Below are positions 25,752 through 35,649 of a DNA stretch of 64,000 nucleotides, piece after piece. The stretch covers positions 3,691,087 to 3,755,086 of the forward strand of contig CBDCYF010000005.1 in the NCBI GenBank assembly GCA_965224065.1, in the 5' to 3' direction. A program made the position numbers and the translations under genes. The DNA comes from Candidatus Multivoradales bacterium. Its GTDB lineage: Bacteria > Acidobacteriota > Thermoanaerobaculia > Multivoradales > JAHEKO01. The notes beneath the pieces are model-generated. The model had not been told where the DNA came from and did no database searches. It saw nothing but the letters and a program-made list of their open reading frames with translations. Positions within the stretch are counted from its first letter, which is position 1; every line of letters starts with the position of its first letter.

Positions 25752-28088
25752 ATGAAGGCTACCTGGAAGATACAGATACTGTTCAAGCTGACTTTGAGCG
25801 TTCTTTTTGTCGTGTCCGCGGCCGCTGCCGCGACCGCTCAGGACGCCGGCGCCGATGAGACGGCCGCCGGCAAGACAGAAGAGGCCAAACCCATGAAACA
25901 GGCGGACCCGGCACGGAGCGAAGAAGGCGACGCGCCGCTCGAGTCGTTTTTCGCCGAGACCACGGTGACCGCCACCGGTACCAGGATGGACACCTTTGAG
26001 GTCTCGACCCCGGTGAGCGTGCTCGACCGGGACAAGCTCGAAGAAAGGACGCCGCTCAACGCGTCGGACCTTCTTCGCACCGAGCCCGGGGTCGACGTCA
26101 ACGGGGTCGGCCCCAACCAATCGCGTCCGGTCATCCGCGGTCAGCGCGGTCTCCGGGTGCTGTTCCTCGAGAACGGTCTGCGGATGAACAACGCGCGCCG
26201 CCAATCGGACTTTGGTGAGACCCCCGGGTTGGTGGAGGTCGAGAGCCTCGAGGCGGTCGAGGTGGTGCGCGGACCGGCGTCGGTCCTCTACGGCTCGGAC
26301 GCCATCGGCGGTGTCCTCAACGTCATCACCCGGGCCCCCTCGTTTGGCGGTGGGCTCACCGGGTCGGCGGGTCTTCGCTTCGGCTCGGCCGGCGACGCCA
26401 CCAAAGTACATGCTTCGGCTTCCGGCGGTTCCGAGAGGATCTCCTGGAACGGGGGCTTCAGCGTGCGTAGCGCCGATGACTATGAGGCGGCCTCCGGCCG
26501 GTTTGGAGACATCGATCTCGCCGACGCCGTGCCGGTGGTCGACACCGGGCTCGACGATGACGACGTCTTTGGCCAGCTCGCCTACCAGGGCTCGGACCGT
26601 CACCAATTCTCCCTGCGGCTCAACCGCTACCGGGCCGATCAGGCCGGTTTTGGCTTCGTCGAGCCCGAGCTTTTGGAGACGATGGACGATTTTCGGATCC
26701 GGATCCTCTATCCGTTTCAGGACTTCGACCGCTATACGTTTGGCTACGTCGGCGCCGGATTCGAGTCGGTCCTTGCCGACACGCTCGAGCTCCAGGCCTA
26801 CTTGCAGAACAACGAGCGCCAGCTCGCCAACGACATCGACGTCTTCGAGCCGGCGCGGTTCCCCGGGGCCCCCGGTACTGCGGTGGCCTCGGACACGCTG
26901 AACTTCACCGATCTCGAGACATTGGGGCTCCGGCTCGAGACGGTCAAGGGCATCGCCGACAAGCACCTGCTGACCTACGGCGCCGAGTATTTCGAGGACG
27001 ACTCCTTCAACACCGACCGGTCCGAGACCACCGTGTCGCTCGTCTTCCCGGGCCCGCCCTTCGAGGTCCCGGTGGCGCATGTGGTGGACACCGTTCCCAA
27101 CTCGCCCAACGCCGTCAATGAGAGCTATGGTGTGTTCGCGCAGGCCGAGATGGCGGTCGCGGAGCGTTTCAAGGTCACCCTCGGCGCGCGCTACCAGAAT
27201 GTGGCTACGGCGGCGCGTGAGACACCCGGCTGGACCACCGCCGGTCTCGATTTCGACGACGACAGCCTGGTGGCGGCCGCCAGCTTTGTCTACCGCGCCA
27301 GCGACAATGTGCGTGTGGTGGGCTCCTACGGCAGCGCGTTCCGCGCGCCGTCGATCGTGGAGCGGCTGTTCAACGGACCGACCCCGGAGGGCATCGGCTT
27401 CCAGGTGCTCAACCCGGACCTGGTGTCGGAGGAGAGTGAGAACTTCGACGTCGGTCTCAAGTACCGGCGCAAGAATGCCCTCTTTGACATCACCTTTTTT
27501 CGCAACGACATCGACAACGGCATCATTCAAAAGTTCTTTTCACCGGCCGAGGTCGCGCGGCTCCCACAGGCGATCCGGGATCAGATCGAGCAATCCGGGG
27601 TCCAGTTTGTCGTCCAGCAGCAGAACATCGATCGGCTGCGTTACGAGGGGGTCGAGCTACGAGTCGACTATGTGACCACCGACGGCTGGTCGTGGGGCGG
27701 CAACTACACTCATCTGGACGATGAGCGTCTGGACGCGCTCAACCCGCCGACCGGCGACTCGTTTGGCGACAAGTTTCTGGCTTACACTCGCTTTGAGCCC
27801 CCGCGAGGGCGCTACTGGGTGGAGTACCGCGTGCGGCACAACGAGAGCGAGAAGGCCAATCTGCAGCTCGGAGACCCGATTCCTCCGGCGGGTGAGATCC
27901 TTCCCGCGTTTACCGTCCACTCGTTGAGCGGAGGTTTGCATTTCGGTGGCGATGCCAAACTGAGCCATCACGTGACTCTCTCCCTCGACAACGCCACCGA
28001 CGAGCTCTACGCGGAGTTCTCGAACGTCACCTTTTTCCGGCCCGAGCCGGAGCGCAACGTCGTCGTGTCGTATCGACTTGGGTACTAG
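25752..28088 (+). CDS. TonB-dependent receptor, heme/hemoglobin-receptor-like
   Basis: Signal peptide, plug (PVIRGQ, VEVVRGPASVLYGSDAIGGVLNVIT), FRAP and NPDL motifs, terminal aromatic residue; AAGGA RBS before ATG 25752. Confidence 0.9.
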   Translation: MKATWKIQILFKLTLSVLFVVSAAAAATAQDAGADETAAGKTEEAKPMKQADPARSEEGDAPLESFFAETTVTATGTRMDTFEVSTPVSVLDRDKLEERTPLNASDLLRTEPGVDVNGVGPNQSRPVIRGQRGLRVLFLENGLRMNNARRQSDFGETPGLVEVESLEAVEVVRGPASVLYGSDAIGGVLNVITRAPSFGGGLTGSAGLRFGSAGDATKVHASASGGSERISWNGGFSVRSADDYEAASGRFGDIDLADAVPVVDTGLDDDDVFGQLAYQGSDRHQFSLRLNRYRADQAGFGFVEPELLETMDDFRIRILYPFQDFDRYTFGYVGAGFESVLADTLELQAYLQNNERQLANDIDVFEPARFPGAPGTAVASDTLNFTDLETLGLRLETVKGIADKHLLTYGAEYFEDDSFNTDRSETTVSLVFPGPPFEVPVAHVVDTVPNSPNAVNESYGVFAQAEMAVAERFKVTLGARYQNVATAARETPGWTTAGLDFDDDSLVAAASFVYRASDNVRVVGSYGSAFRAPSIVERLFNGPTPEGIGFQVLNPDLVSEESENFDVGLKYRRKNALFDITFFRNDIDNGIIQKFFSPAEVARLPQAIRDQIEQSGVQFVVQQQNIDRLRYEGVELRVDYVTTDGWSWGGNYTHLDDERLDALNPPTGDSFGDKFLAYTRFEPPRGRYWVEYRVRHNESEKANLQLGDPIPPAGEILPAFTVHSLSGGLHFGGDAKLSHHVTLSLDNATDELYAEFSNVTFFRPEPERNVVVSYRLGY

Positions 28089-28794
28089 CTCTCATTCCGG
28101 TTCAACGGCGATCCGGGCGGCCGGCCTCGGCAGACGTTTTGGCCGCCACTGGGCGCTGGCTCACGTCGATCTCGAAGTGCCGGCCGGGGCCGCGCTCCTG
28201 GTGGCGGGGGCCAACGGTTCCGGCAAGACCACCTTTCTGAGGCTTGTGGCGGGTCTCCACAAGCCGACCGGCGGCTCGCTCGAGGTCTTTGGCCTCGACA
28301 CCGTGCGCGAACGGTTGCAATGCCGGCGGTGGGTCACGCTCATCTCGCACGCATCGTGTCTCTATGACGGCCTGACTCCGCGCGAGACGCTCCGCGTGTG
28401 GTCCGATCTCGGAGGCCGCCGGGGCGGGGCGCTCGCCGAAGGCGAGCTCGATCGTTTGCTGGAGGAAGCCGATTTGGGCCATCGGGGCGACGCACTGGTG
28501 GGTGGTTTCTCGGCCGGTATGCGCAAGCGTCTGTCTCTGCTGCGGTTGCAGATCGAAAGACCCCGCCTGTTGCTGCTGGACGAGCCCTTTTCCGCCCTCG
28601 ACGTCGAAGGGCGCCGCCTGGTGGAGAGATGGATCCGGCGTTTTCGCGAGCGGGGCGGCACCATCGTCATCGCTTCGCACGATCTCGAGCGCACCGTGCC
28701 CCTATGCGAACGCGCCATCCTGCTCCAACGCGGCCAGGTTGGGTGGGCGGGAAGCGCGGAGGCGGTCATCGAGCGGCGGGAGGGAGTGTCGTGA
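28078..28794 (+). CDS. ccmA: Heme exporter ATP-binding subunit
   Basis: GANGSGKTT, FSAGMRKR, LLLDEPF; precedes ccmB. Confidence 0.88.
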   Translation: MGTSSHSGSTAIRAAGLGRRFGRHWALAHVDLEVPAGAALLVAGANGSGKTTFLRLVAGLHKPTGGSLEVFGLDTVRERLQCRRWVTLISHASCLYDGLTPRETLRVWSDLGGRRGGALAEGELDRLLEEADLGHRGDALVGGFSAGMRKRLSLLRLQIERPRLLLLDEPFSALDVEGRRLVERWIRRFRERGGTIVIASHDLERTVPLCERAILLQRGQVGWAGSAEAVIERREGVS

Positions 28795-29474
28795 GCATCG
28801 TCCGGCAGATCGGGACGGTGATCCGCAAGGACCTGCGGCTCGAGTGGCGCAACCGCTCGCGCGTCCTCTCGGTGCTGCTTTTCGGGGTGGTGACTCTGCT
28901 GCTCTTCTCGTTTGCCGTCGGTCCGGACACCGCCGCCTTGCGCTCCGGCGCCGCGGGTTTTCTGATTCTGGCCCTGCTGTTGTCGTCGACTCTCGGGCTC
29001 TCGGAGAGCTTCCGCCTCGAGCAGGAGGGCGGGGCGCTGGAGGGCCTGCTGTTGGTGCCGATCGAGCCGGCGGCGCTGTTCTATGGCAAGGCGCTGGGGT
29101 CGAGCATCCTGCTCTTTCTGCTGGCGCCGGTCCTGACTCCGATGGCGCTGGTTCTCTATGCCGTCGATCTCGATCCGGAAATGATCCTGCGGCTCCTGGG
29201 CCTTTGGCTGCTGGCGGCCGCTGGGCTGGCGGCGCCCGGGACCCTGTACGCGGCGATGACCAGCCGGCTCAAGAGTCGCGACGTGCTTTTACCCCTTCTC
29301 TTGTTCCCGTTGGTGGTGCCGGTCCTGCTCGCCGGGGTTAAGGCGATGGACCTCGTCCTGACCGGAGACGCGATGTCACAACTGCCCTCTTGGGTGGCGC
29401 TTCTGCTGGTATTCGATCTCGTATACTGGAGTCTCTGTGGCGTGCTCTTCGCCTATGCCGTAGAGGAAGGCTAG
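28791..29474 (+). CDS. ccmB: Heme exporter protein B
   Basis: RKDLRLEWR, FYGK, LLPLLLFPLVVPVL. Confidence 0.9.
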   Translation: MSIVRQIGTVIRKDLRLEWRNRSRVLSVLLFGVVTLLLFSFAVGPDTAALRSGAAGFLILALLLSSTLGLSESFRLEQEGGALEGLLLVPIEPAALFYGKALGSSILLFLLAPVLTPMALVLYAVDLDPEMILRLLGLWLLAAAGLAAPGTLYAAMTSRLKSRDVLLPLLLFPLVVPVLLAGVKAMDLVLTGDAMSQLPSWVALLLVFDLVYWSLCGVLFAYAVEEG

Positions 29475-29526
29475 CCCTCACAGAGCTGCGACGCGAACCG
29501 TTCCCACTCTCGACCAAGGGCTGCTC

Positions 29527-30228
29527 ATGACGCGACCGTTCCCCAAGATACACCTGGTCGGGGCGCTCGGATTGGTCCTCCTGCTGGCCGGGAGCTGGAT
29601 CGGTCTGTTTGTGGCGCCGCCCGAGAAACACATGGGCGACGTCATGCGGATCCTCTACGTTCACGTGCCGAGCGCCTGGATCGCGATGCTCTCTTACACC
29701 CTTGCGTTCGGTTTGGCCATCTGGTCCCTTTGGACCGGCAGCTCGCGAGCCGATGCCTGGATGACCGGGGCTATCGAGACCGGTGTGGTGCTCAACGCGC
29801 TGTTGCTCATCCAGGGCTCGATCTGGGCTCGCGCCACCTGGGGGGTGTGGTGGGACTGGGACGTGCGCCTCACTACATCGCTCATCATGGTGCTGCTCTT
29901 TGCCGGAGTTCTGGCATTGCGGGCGGTGGTGGACGACGCTCAACGCCGGGCGACCTGGTCCGCCGTTGCGACGGTCGTGGCCTTTGTCGATGTGCCGCTG
30001 GTCTATTTTTGCGTTCGCTGGTGGAGGAGCCTGCACCAGGTCCAATCCAGCCCCGACACGCTCGACCCCGCCATGGTCTTGCCGTTGCGGATGAATGCCT
30101 TCGCGGTCCTCTTTCTGGCACTTTGGTGGATCTGGCAGCGGGCCGGACTCGAGCTCGCCCGGCGCAGACGGGAAGACGTCGAGGCGCCCGAGCGCATCCG
30201 TTTCGAAGGGAGCCCCGAACATGCCTGA
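29527..30228 (+). CDS. ccmC: Heme exporter protein C
   Basis: RILYVHVPSAW, GSIWARATWGVWWDWDVRLT (WWD domain), WWRSLHQ. Confidence 0.95.
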   Translation: MTRPFPKIHLVGALGLVLLLAGSWIGLFVAPPEKHMGDVMRILYVHVPSAWIAMLSYTLAFGLAIWSLWTGSSRADAWMTGAIETGVVLNALLLIQGSIWARATWGVWWDWDVRLTTSLIMVLLFAGVLALRAVVDDAQRRATWSAVATVVAFVDVPLVYFCVRWWRSLHQVQSSPDTLDPAMVLPLRMNAFAVLFLALWWIWQRAGLELARRRREDVEAPERIRFEGSPEHA

Positions 30229-30370
30229 AGGAGTGATCGCCGGCGGATGGGGTTATGTGATCGCCGCCTATTCGGTCACCGCCGTGGGGCTCATCGCCTA
30301 TACCTGGAGCCTCCGCGCGCGGCTGCGTCGAGTAAACGAAAGCGACCTGGAGAGCGATGAGCGGAGATAG
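30221..30370 (+). CDS. ccmD: Heme exporter protein D
   Basis: Small single-TM protein WGYVIAAYSVT..RARLRR between ccmC and ccmE. Confidence 0.75.
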   Translation: MPEGVIAGGWGYVIAAYSVTAVGLIAYTWSLRARLRRVNESDLESDERR

Positions 30371-30818
30371 AAGAAGGCGCCGCGTGTTTGCGGTCGTTGC
30401 CGTGCTGGTCGCTCTCGGCGCCATTGCCTATATCGCGGCCGGCGGCATCGGCGACAATCTGGTCTACTACTGGAGCCCCAGCGAGCTCAAGGAGTCCGGG
30501 GACGAAGCGGTCGGCGCCAGCGTACGGCTGGGTGGGCTGGTCGAACCCGGATCGATTCACCGCTCGCCGGATGGCTTGACCCTCGAGTTCGCGGTCACCG
30601 ACGGCACGTCGAGTGTCCAGGTGGCGACCGAGGCGGTGCCGCCGGCGATGTTTCGTGAAGGCATCGGGGTGGTGGTCGAAGGAACGCTGCGCGACGACGG
30701 CACGTTCGAGACGCGCCGGCTGATGGTCAAGCACGACAACCAGTACCAGGCGCCCGGCGAGGGCGAAGAGTACGACGTGGAGAAGCTCGTCGAGACCATG
30801 CAGTTCGAGAGCACATGA
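30357..30818 (+). CDS. ccmE: Heme chaperone CcmE
   Basis: VRLGGLV, PAMFREG..VVVEG, KHDNQY (HxxxY). Confidence 0.95.
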   Translation: MSGDRRRRRVFAVVAVLVALGAIAYIAAGGIGDNLVYYWSPSELKESGDEAVGASVRLGGLVEPGSIHRSPDGLTLEFAVTDGTSSVQVATEAVPPAMFREGIGVVVEGTLRDDGTFETRRLMVKHDNQYQAPGEGEEYDVEKLVETMQFEST

Positions 30819-32821
30819 TCTCCGGCCTCGGCCAGATCCTCGTACTTCTCGCCCTTCTGACCTGCGCCGCCGGCGTTCCGGTGGGGTTTTTCGCCGGCGC
30901 GCGGCGCTCGGCAGAGGGCCTCGCGCTGACGCGCCGCCTGGCCCTCGCGTATGCGGGTTTGATGGCCCTGGCCACCGTGGTGATGGAGTACGCGCTGCTG
31001 ACCCACGACTTCTCGGTCTCCTACGTCGCCCAGGTCGGGTCGCGCGCGACTCCGACTCACATCACCGTCGTCTCGTTGTGGTCGTCGCTCGAGGGCTCGA
31101 TTCTCTTCTGGGGACTGGTGTTGGGAGTGTTTACCGCCGCTGTGGCCTACCTGCAACGGCGCGGGCACGAGGACTATCTGGCCTACACCCTGGCAACGCT
31201 TTTTGCCATCGGCATCTTTTTCACCTATCTGATCTCCGGCCCGGCCAACCCGTTTGCCGCCACCACACCGCCGATTCCCGCCGATGGACCCGGCCCCAAC
31301 CCGTTGCTGCAGAACCACTTGCTGATGATCATCCACCCGCCGATGCTCTACCTCGGCTATGTCGGCATGTCGGTGCCGTTTGCCATGGCCGTGGCGGCCC
31401 TGCTTCGCGGCCGCCTCGGGCCGACCTGGCTACGGCCGCTGCGCAACTGGCTGCTTGTGCCGACCGGGTTTCTGTCGCTCGGCATCATGCTCGGCGGCTG
31501 GTGGTCGTACGAGGTCCTGGGCTGGGGCGGTTACTGGGCCTGGGACCCGGTCGAGAACGCCTCGTTCCTGCCGTGGCTGACCGCGGTGGCAGCGCTTCAC
31601 TCGGCCATCGTCCAGCAGCGCCGCGGCACGCTCAAGGCCTGGACGACGATCCTGGTCATGGTGTCGTTTCTACTCACCATTCTGGGGACGTTCCTGACTC
31701 GCTCCGGGGTGGTCAATTCGGTCCACTCTTTTACCCAGAGCCCGATCGGGCCGCTGTTCTTGGGATTTCTCGCCGTCGCCCTGGTAGCGGTGGTGCTGCT
31801 GCTGGCGTTTCGCATCGACACCCTGGTCTCCGAGCCACACGAGGACGCGGTGGTGTCGCGCGAAGGCGCTTTCCTGCTCAACAACCTGTTGCTCGTGGTT
31901 CTGATGTTCACGGTGCTGATCGGGACATTGTTCCCGATACTCGCCGAGGCGGTGCGCGGGGTGAAGGTCTCGGTGGGGGAGCCGTATTTCAATCGCATGG
32001 CGGTGCCGATCTGTTTTGGCCTGCTGTTGTTGATGGGGCTGGGGCCGGCGCTGCCGTGGGGCCGGCCCGACCGGGGCAGCGTCAAGCGGGCGCTGCTTGC
32101 TCCCTTGCCGGCCGCGGTCGTCGGGGTGGTCGTTGTCTGGGCTCTCGGGGGCCGGCATCCCACGCTGCTCATGACCGGCGGCCTGACCGGTTATGCGCTG
32201 TGGGTGACCCTTGGACAGGCCACCCGGCCGGCGCGTGCGCGGGCGCGCCGCGGCGACAGACTTCCGAGAGCGGTGTCGACCTCCTTCTGGCGGTCACCGC
32301 GGCTCTTGGGCGCTTACACTGTGCATTTGGGTGTGATCGTGACGTTTGTGGCCATCGCGATCTCGTCGAGCTTTCAGACCAGCCGCGAGGCGACCCTGGC
32401 GGCCGGATCCACGCTCGACATCGCGGACTACCGGCTGACGATGAACGGCGTCGGTCGTTTCGAGGAACCCCATCTGACCGCCCAGCGCGCCACCGTCACG
32501 GTGGAGAAGAACGGCAAGGCGCTCGGCGTGCTCGAGCCCGCCCTCAACTTCTATCGCACCCAGCGCGAGCCGATCGGCACACCGGCCGTCCGCACTTCGG
32601 TCACCCATGACCTCTACCTCACGGTGATGAACGTCGGCGGAGATGGAAGGGTCGGGCTGCGCGCCATCGTCACCCCGGCGGTGGTGTGGATCTGGATCGG
32701 GGTTCTCTTGATGGTCGCCGGCACCGGGTTGTGCCTGCTCCGCCCGGTCACCATGGCCGCCGCCTCGAACGTCGCCGACCCGCCGGAGCCGCCGGTCGCA
32801 GCGACGGAGAACGTGGCGTGA
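30815..32821 (+). CDS. ccmF: Heme lyase CcmF
   Basis: EGSILFW, NPLLQN..IHPP, WSYEVLGWGGYWAWDPVENAS, SVHSF. Confidence 0.96.
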   Translation: MISGLGQILVLLALLTCAAGVPVGFFAGARRSAEGLALTRRLALAYAGLMALATVVMEYALLTHDFSVSYVAQVGSRATPTHITVVSLWSSLEGSILFWGLVLGVFTAAVAYLQRRGHEDYLAYTLATLFAIGIFFTYLISGPANPFAATTPPIPADGPGPNPLLQNHLLMIIHPPMLYLGYVGMSVPFAMAVAALLRGRLGPTWLRPLRNWLLVPTGFLSLGIMLGGWWSYEVLGWGGYWAWDPVENASFLPWLTAVAALHSAIVQQRRGTLKAWTTILVMVSFLLTILGTFLTRSGVVNSVHSFTQSPIGPLFLGFLAVALVAVVLLLAFRIDTLVSEPHEDAVVSREGAFLLNNLLLVVLMFTVLIGTLFPILAEAVRGVKVSVGEPYFNRMAVPICFGLLLLMGLGPALPWGRPDRGSVKRALLAPLPAAVVGVVVVWALGGRHPTLLMTGGLTGYALWVTLGQATRPARARARRGDRLPRAVSTSFWRSPRLLGAYTVHLGVIVTFVAIAISSSFQTSREATLAAGSTLDIADYRLTMNGVGRFEEPHLTAQRATVTVEKNGKALGVLEPALNFYRTQREPIGTPAVRTSVTHDLYLTVMNVGGDGRVGLRAIVTPAVVWIWIGVLLMVAGTGLCLLRPVTMAAASNVADPPEPPVAATENVA

Positions 32822-33330
32822 ACCGCAAGGTCCTCGTCGTCGGCAGCCTCTTGACGCTGCCGTTGCTGGCGTTTCTCGCCGTCTCGTTTCGATTCGACCC
32901 GCGGTCGATCGAATCCCCGCTCATCGGCCAGCCGGCGCCCGATTTTGTGCTGACCGATCTCGACGGCAATGTAGTGAGCTCCAAGGATCTGGCAGGCCGG
33001 CCGCTGGTGCTCAACTTCTGGGCCACCTGGTGTGTTCCCTGTATGTACGAGCATCCGGTGTTTGTCGAAGGCGCTCGGCGCTATGCCGGGCGGGTGGAGT
33101 TCGTCGGAGTGGTCTATCAGGACAACGAGCGGGACATTCGCCGCTTTCTGGCCGAACGGGGCTCCTGGGGGCCATCGCTGGTCGATCCCGACACCCGGGT
33201 GGCGATCGCCTATGGTGTCTACGGGGTGCCCGAGACCTTTTTTATCGATCGGGACGGCGTCGTGGTCGAAAAGCTGGCACAGCCGGTGGACGCTGCGACT
33301 CTAGACCGCATCCTCGGGAAGCTCTTGTGA
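32818..33330 (+). CDS. ccmG: Thiol:disulfide oxidoreductase CcmG/DsbE
   Basis: LNFWATWCVPC, YGVYGVPETFFID. Confidence 0.9.
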   Translation: MNRKVLVVGSLLTLPLLAFLAVSFRFDPRSIESPLIGQPAPDFVLTDLDGNVVSSKDLAGRPLVLNFWATWCVPCMYEHPVFVEGARRYAGRVEFVGVVYQDNERDIRRFLAERGSWGPSLVDPDTRVAIAYGVYGVPETFFIDRDGVVVEKLAQPVDAATLDRILGKLL

Positions 33331-33362
33331 GGGGAAGGCTCCAGCGACCGGGAGCGGCTCTT

Positions 33363-33935
33363 ATGACGTCTACACAAGCCGCGCTTGCGGCCGGGATCTT
33401 CACGCTCGCGGTCGGCGCCGTTTTGGCGCAGACCGAGGGCGGAGCGCCCCCGCCGCCCACTGCCGTCGACCCGGAGGCGCTGATCGGCGCGCCGGACGGC
33501 CCTCCCATCACGGGCGAGATCCTCATCGAGCGCACCGAGGAGTTGTCGTCGCGTATGCGCTGTCCGGTCTGCCAGGCGCTTTCGGTCGCCGACTCGCCGT
33601 CGCTGTCGGCGCTCGCGATCAAGGAGGAGGTCCGCGATCTGCTGGCCGCCGGCTATACCGAGAGCCAGGTGATCGACTACTTCGAGCGCGCCTATGGTGA
33701 GTTCATCCGGCTGGCGCCCAAGCCCGTGGGCTTCAATCTGGTCGTGTGGTGGGCGCCGGCGGTGGCTCTCCTAGCGGGCGCGGGGCTGGTGTTTTTGCGC
33801 TTGCGGCGCCGTCCGGCCCTCAGAGAGCCGGTCGCTGCTTCTCCGGCCGGCACGGCGCCGCCGCCTGCAACCGGCGACAACGACCTGTCGGACTATCTGG
33901 AGCGCGTGCGCCGAGAGGTCGGGGGCCGGCCGTGA
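33363..33935 (+). CDS. ccmH: Cytochrome c biogenesis protein CcmH
   Basis: MRCPVCQ..SVADS, YGEFIRLAP. Confidence 0.9.
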   Translation: MTSTQAALAAGIFTLAVGAVLAQTEGGAPPPPTAVDPEALIGAPDGPPITGEILIERTEELSSRMRCPVCQALSVADSPSLSALAIKEEVRDLLAAGYTESQVIDYFERAYGEFIRLAPKPVGFNLVVWWAPAVALLAGAGLVFLRLRRRPALREPVAASPAGTAPPPATGDNDLSDYLERVRREVGGRP

Positions 33936-35364
33936 GCGGGATCTGGCTCCCCGGGCTCCTGGTTCTCGCGGCGGGCCTCGTGGGGGGCATGCTGGCGTTT
34001 CGCCGGCTCTCGCGGCGGGGGGGCGAGGCGGCCGGTCGACCGTCCGAAGGCGATCTCGAGCTCGAGATCGCCGACCTCGAGACGCGGCGAGACGACCTGT
34101 ACCGCCGGCTTCGCGGCGAGACCGGAGAAGCACTGAGCGCCGCCGACCGGGAGAACCTGGAATTGGCCGCGGCCCGCACCCTGCGTGACCTGGAGCTCGC
34201 GGAGAAGCGAGGGGAAAGGCGACGAGCGAGTGAAAAGAGCGGGAAAAAGTCCCAGCGGAAGAACGGCGAGACCGGTAAAAAGGGCGCCCGATCCGTTGCG
34301 TCCGACGCGCCCGCCGGTTGGATGGCCCGCCGCCCGATCCTGGCCGGGTTCCTGTTGGGGGCCGGCATGGTGTCGGTGGTCGGCCTGCTTTTCTACTGGG
34401 CCGTTCGCGACGCCCGGCCCGGACCACCGCCACCCCCAGCTCCGTCGGGGCAGGCGGGGACACCGGGAATCGTCGGTGCGCCGTCCGGCTCGGGGCCGGT
34501 CCATCCGGAAGCCGGTCAGGCGGCGTTGCCACCCGAGGTGCGGGCCGAGCTCGACGCGCTCGACGCGCGGATCGAGGCCGACCCCTCGGATCTTCAGGCG
34601 GTCAAGCAGCGTGCACTCCTGTCGTTGCGCTTCGATCGGTTTGTCGAAGCGTTCCGCGACTCCGAGACGATTCTTGCAGCGCTGCCCGACGACATCGACG
34701 GCACCTATATCCAGGGTGTCGTCCGTCTGGCCATGGGACAGGACGCCGTCGCCCGTGGCTGCTCGAGCGAGTCGTCGAGATGTTCCCCGACCACTTCCAG
34801 GCCCTCACCTGGTTGGGGATCCTGGACTTTCGCACGGGCGATCTGGACGCGGCGGTCGCCTATTGGGAGCGGGGAATCGAGGCCGCCGGGGGCAGTCACC
34901 CCGAGATCGAACGATTGATCGCCGAGGCGCGCCGGGTGGCGAGCCAGTCGCCGGAGTCCCGGCCGCCGGTCCAGGCGGCGGCTCCGGTAGGGGGGCCGGT
35001 AGACGAGAAAAGGACCGGCGTGTCTTCGGAGCCTCCGGCTCCGGTCACCGGTGCCTACTCGGTTCGGGTCGCGCTTGCGGCGGGAGCCGTTCCGCCGCCG
35101 GGCACCGTGCTCTATGTAGCCGTGCGCGACGGCGGGGGCGGGCCCCCGATCGCGGTGCGCCGGATCGACCGGCCGGTATTTCCGCTCGACGTCGTCGTCA
35201 GCCAGACAGATTCGATGATGGGCCAGCCGCTCCCCGAGTCGGCCACCGTCACGGCGAGGCTCGACACTGACGGTAGCGTCGCCACCCGCTCCCCCGGAGA
35301 CCTCGAGGCCGCCGGTCTGGCCGAGATCGGCGGGGCGATCGAGCTGATGCTGGCCGGGAACTGA
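33932..35364 (+). pseudogene. ccmI: CcmI/CycH-like TPR protein, frameshifted near 34757 (real or sequencing error)
   Basis: TM-coiled coil-TM-TPR in one frame; TPR continues in another frame (LLERVVEMFPDH) to a CcmI-type C-terminal domain (PPIAVRRI..FPL..DSMMG..VTARLD.DG). Confidence 0.78.
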
Positions 35365-35467
35365 AGGCTGCCGCCGGGACGAGCCGTGAGCCTGCCGGGA
35401 TGTTGGCCTTCCGGACCGTGCCAACTGAGTCTGAGCTGGTGGCTCTCGAACTTTGGCCCGAGGGGTG

Positions 35468-35649
35468 CTAGCCTAATCTTCTCACCAAGAAACTACTGCG
35501 AAGCCGCAAATGCCTGAATCTGCTGCGTTACGCACCCGTCGGGCTCCTCAGCGTACCGACAGTACGCTTGCGTCGCCCTCGGTCGCAAGCCTTGCATCTT
35601 CGGACATTTGCGGCTTCTCGCGACGATTCCGGTGAGAAGATCAGGCTAG
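35468..35649. mobile_element. MITE-like element, copy 2 (182 bp)
   Basis: TIR CTAGCCTAATCTTCTCACC / GGTGAGAAGATCAGGCTAG (1 mismatch); core CCCGTCGGGCTCCTC..TGCGTCGCCCTC..GTCGCAAGCCTTG shared with copy 1. Confidence 0.75.
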
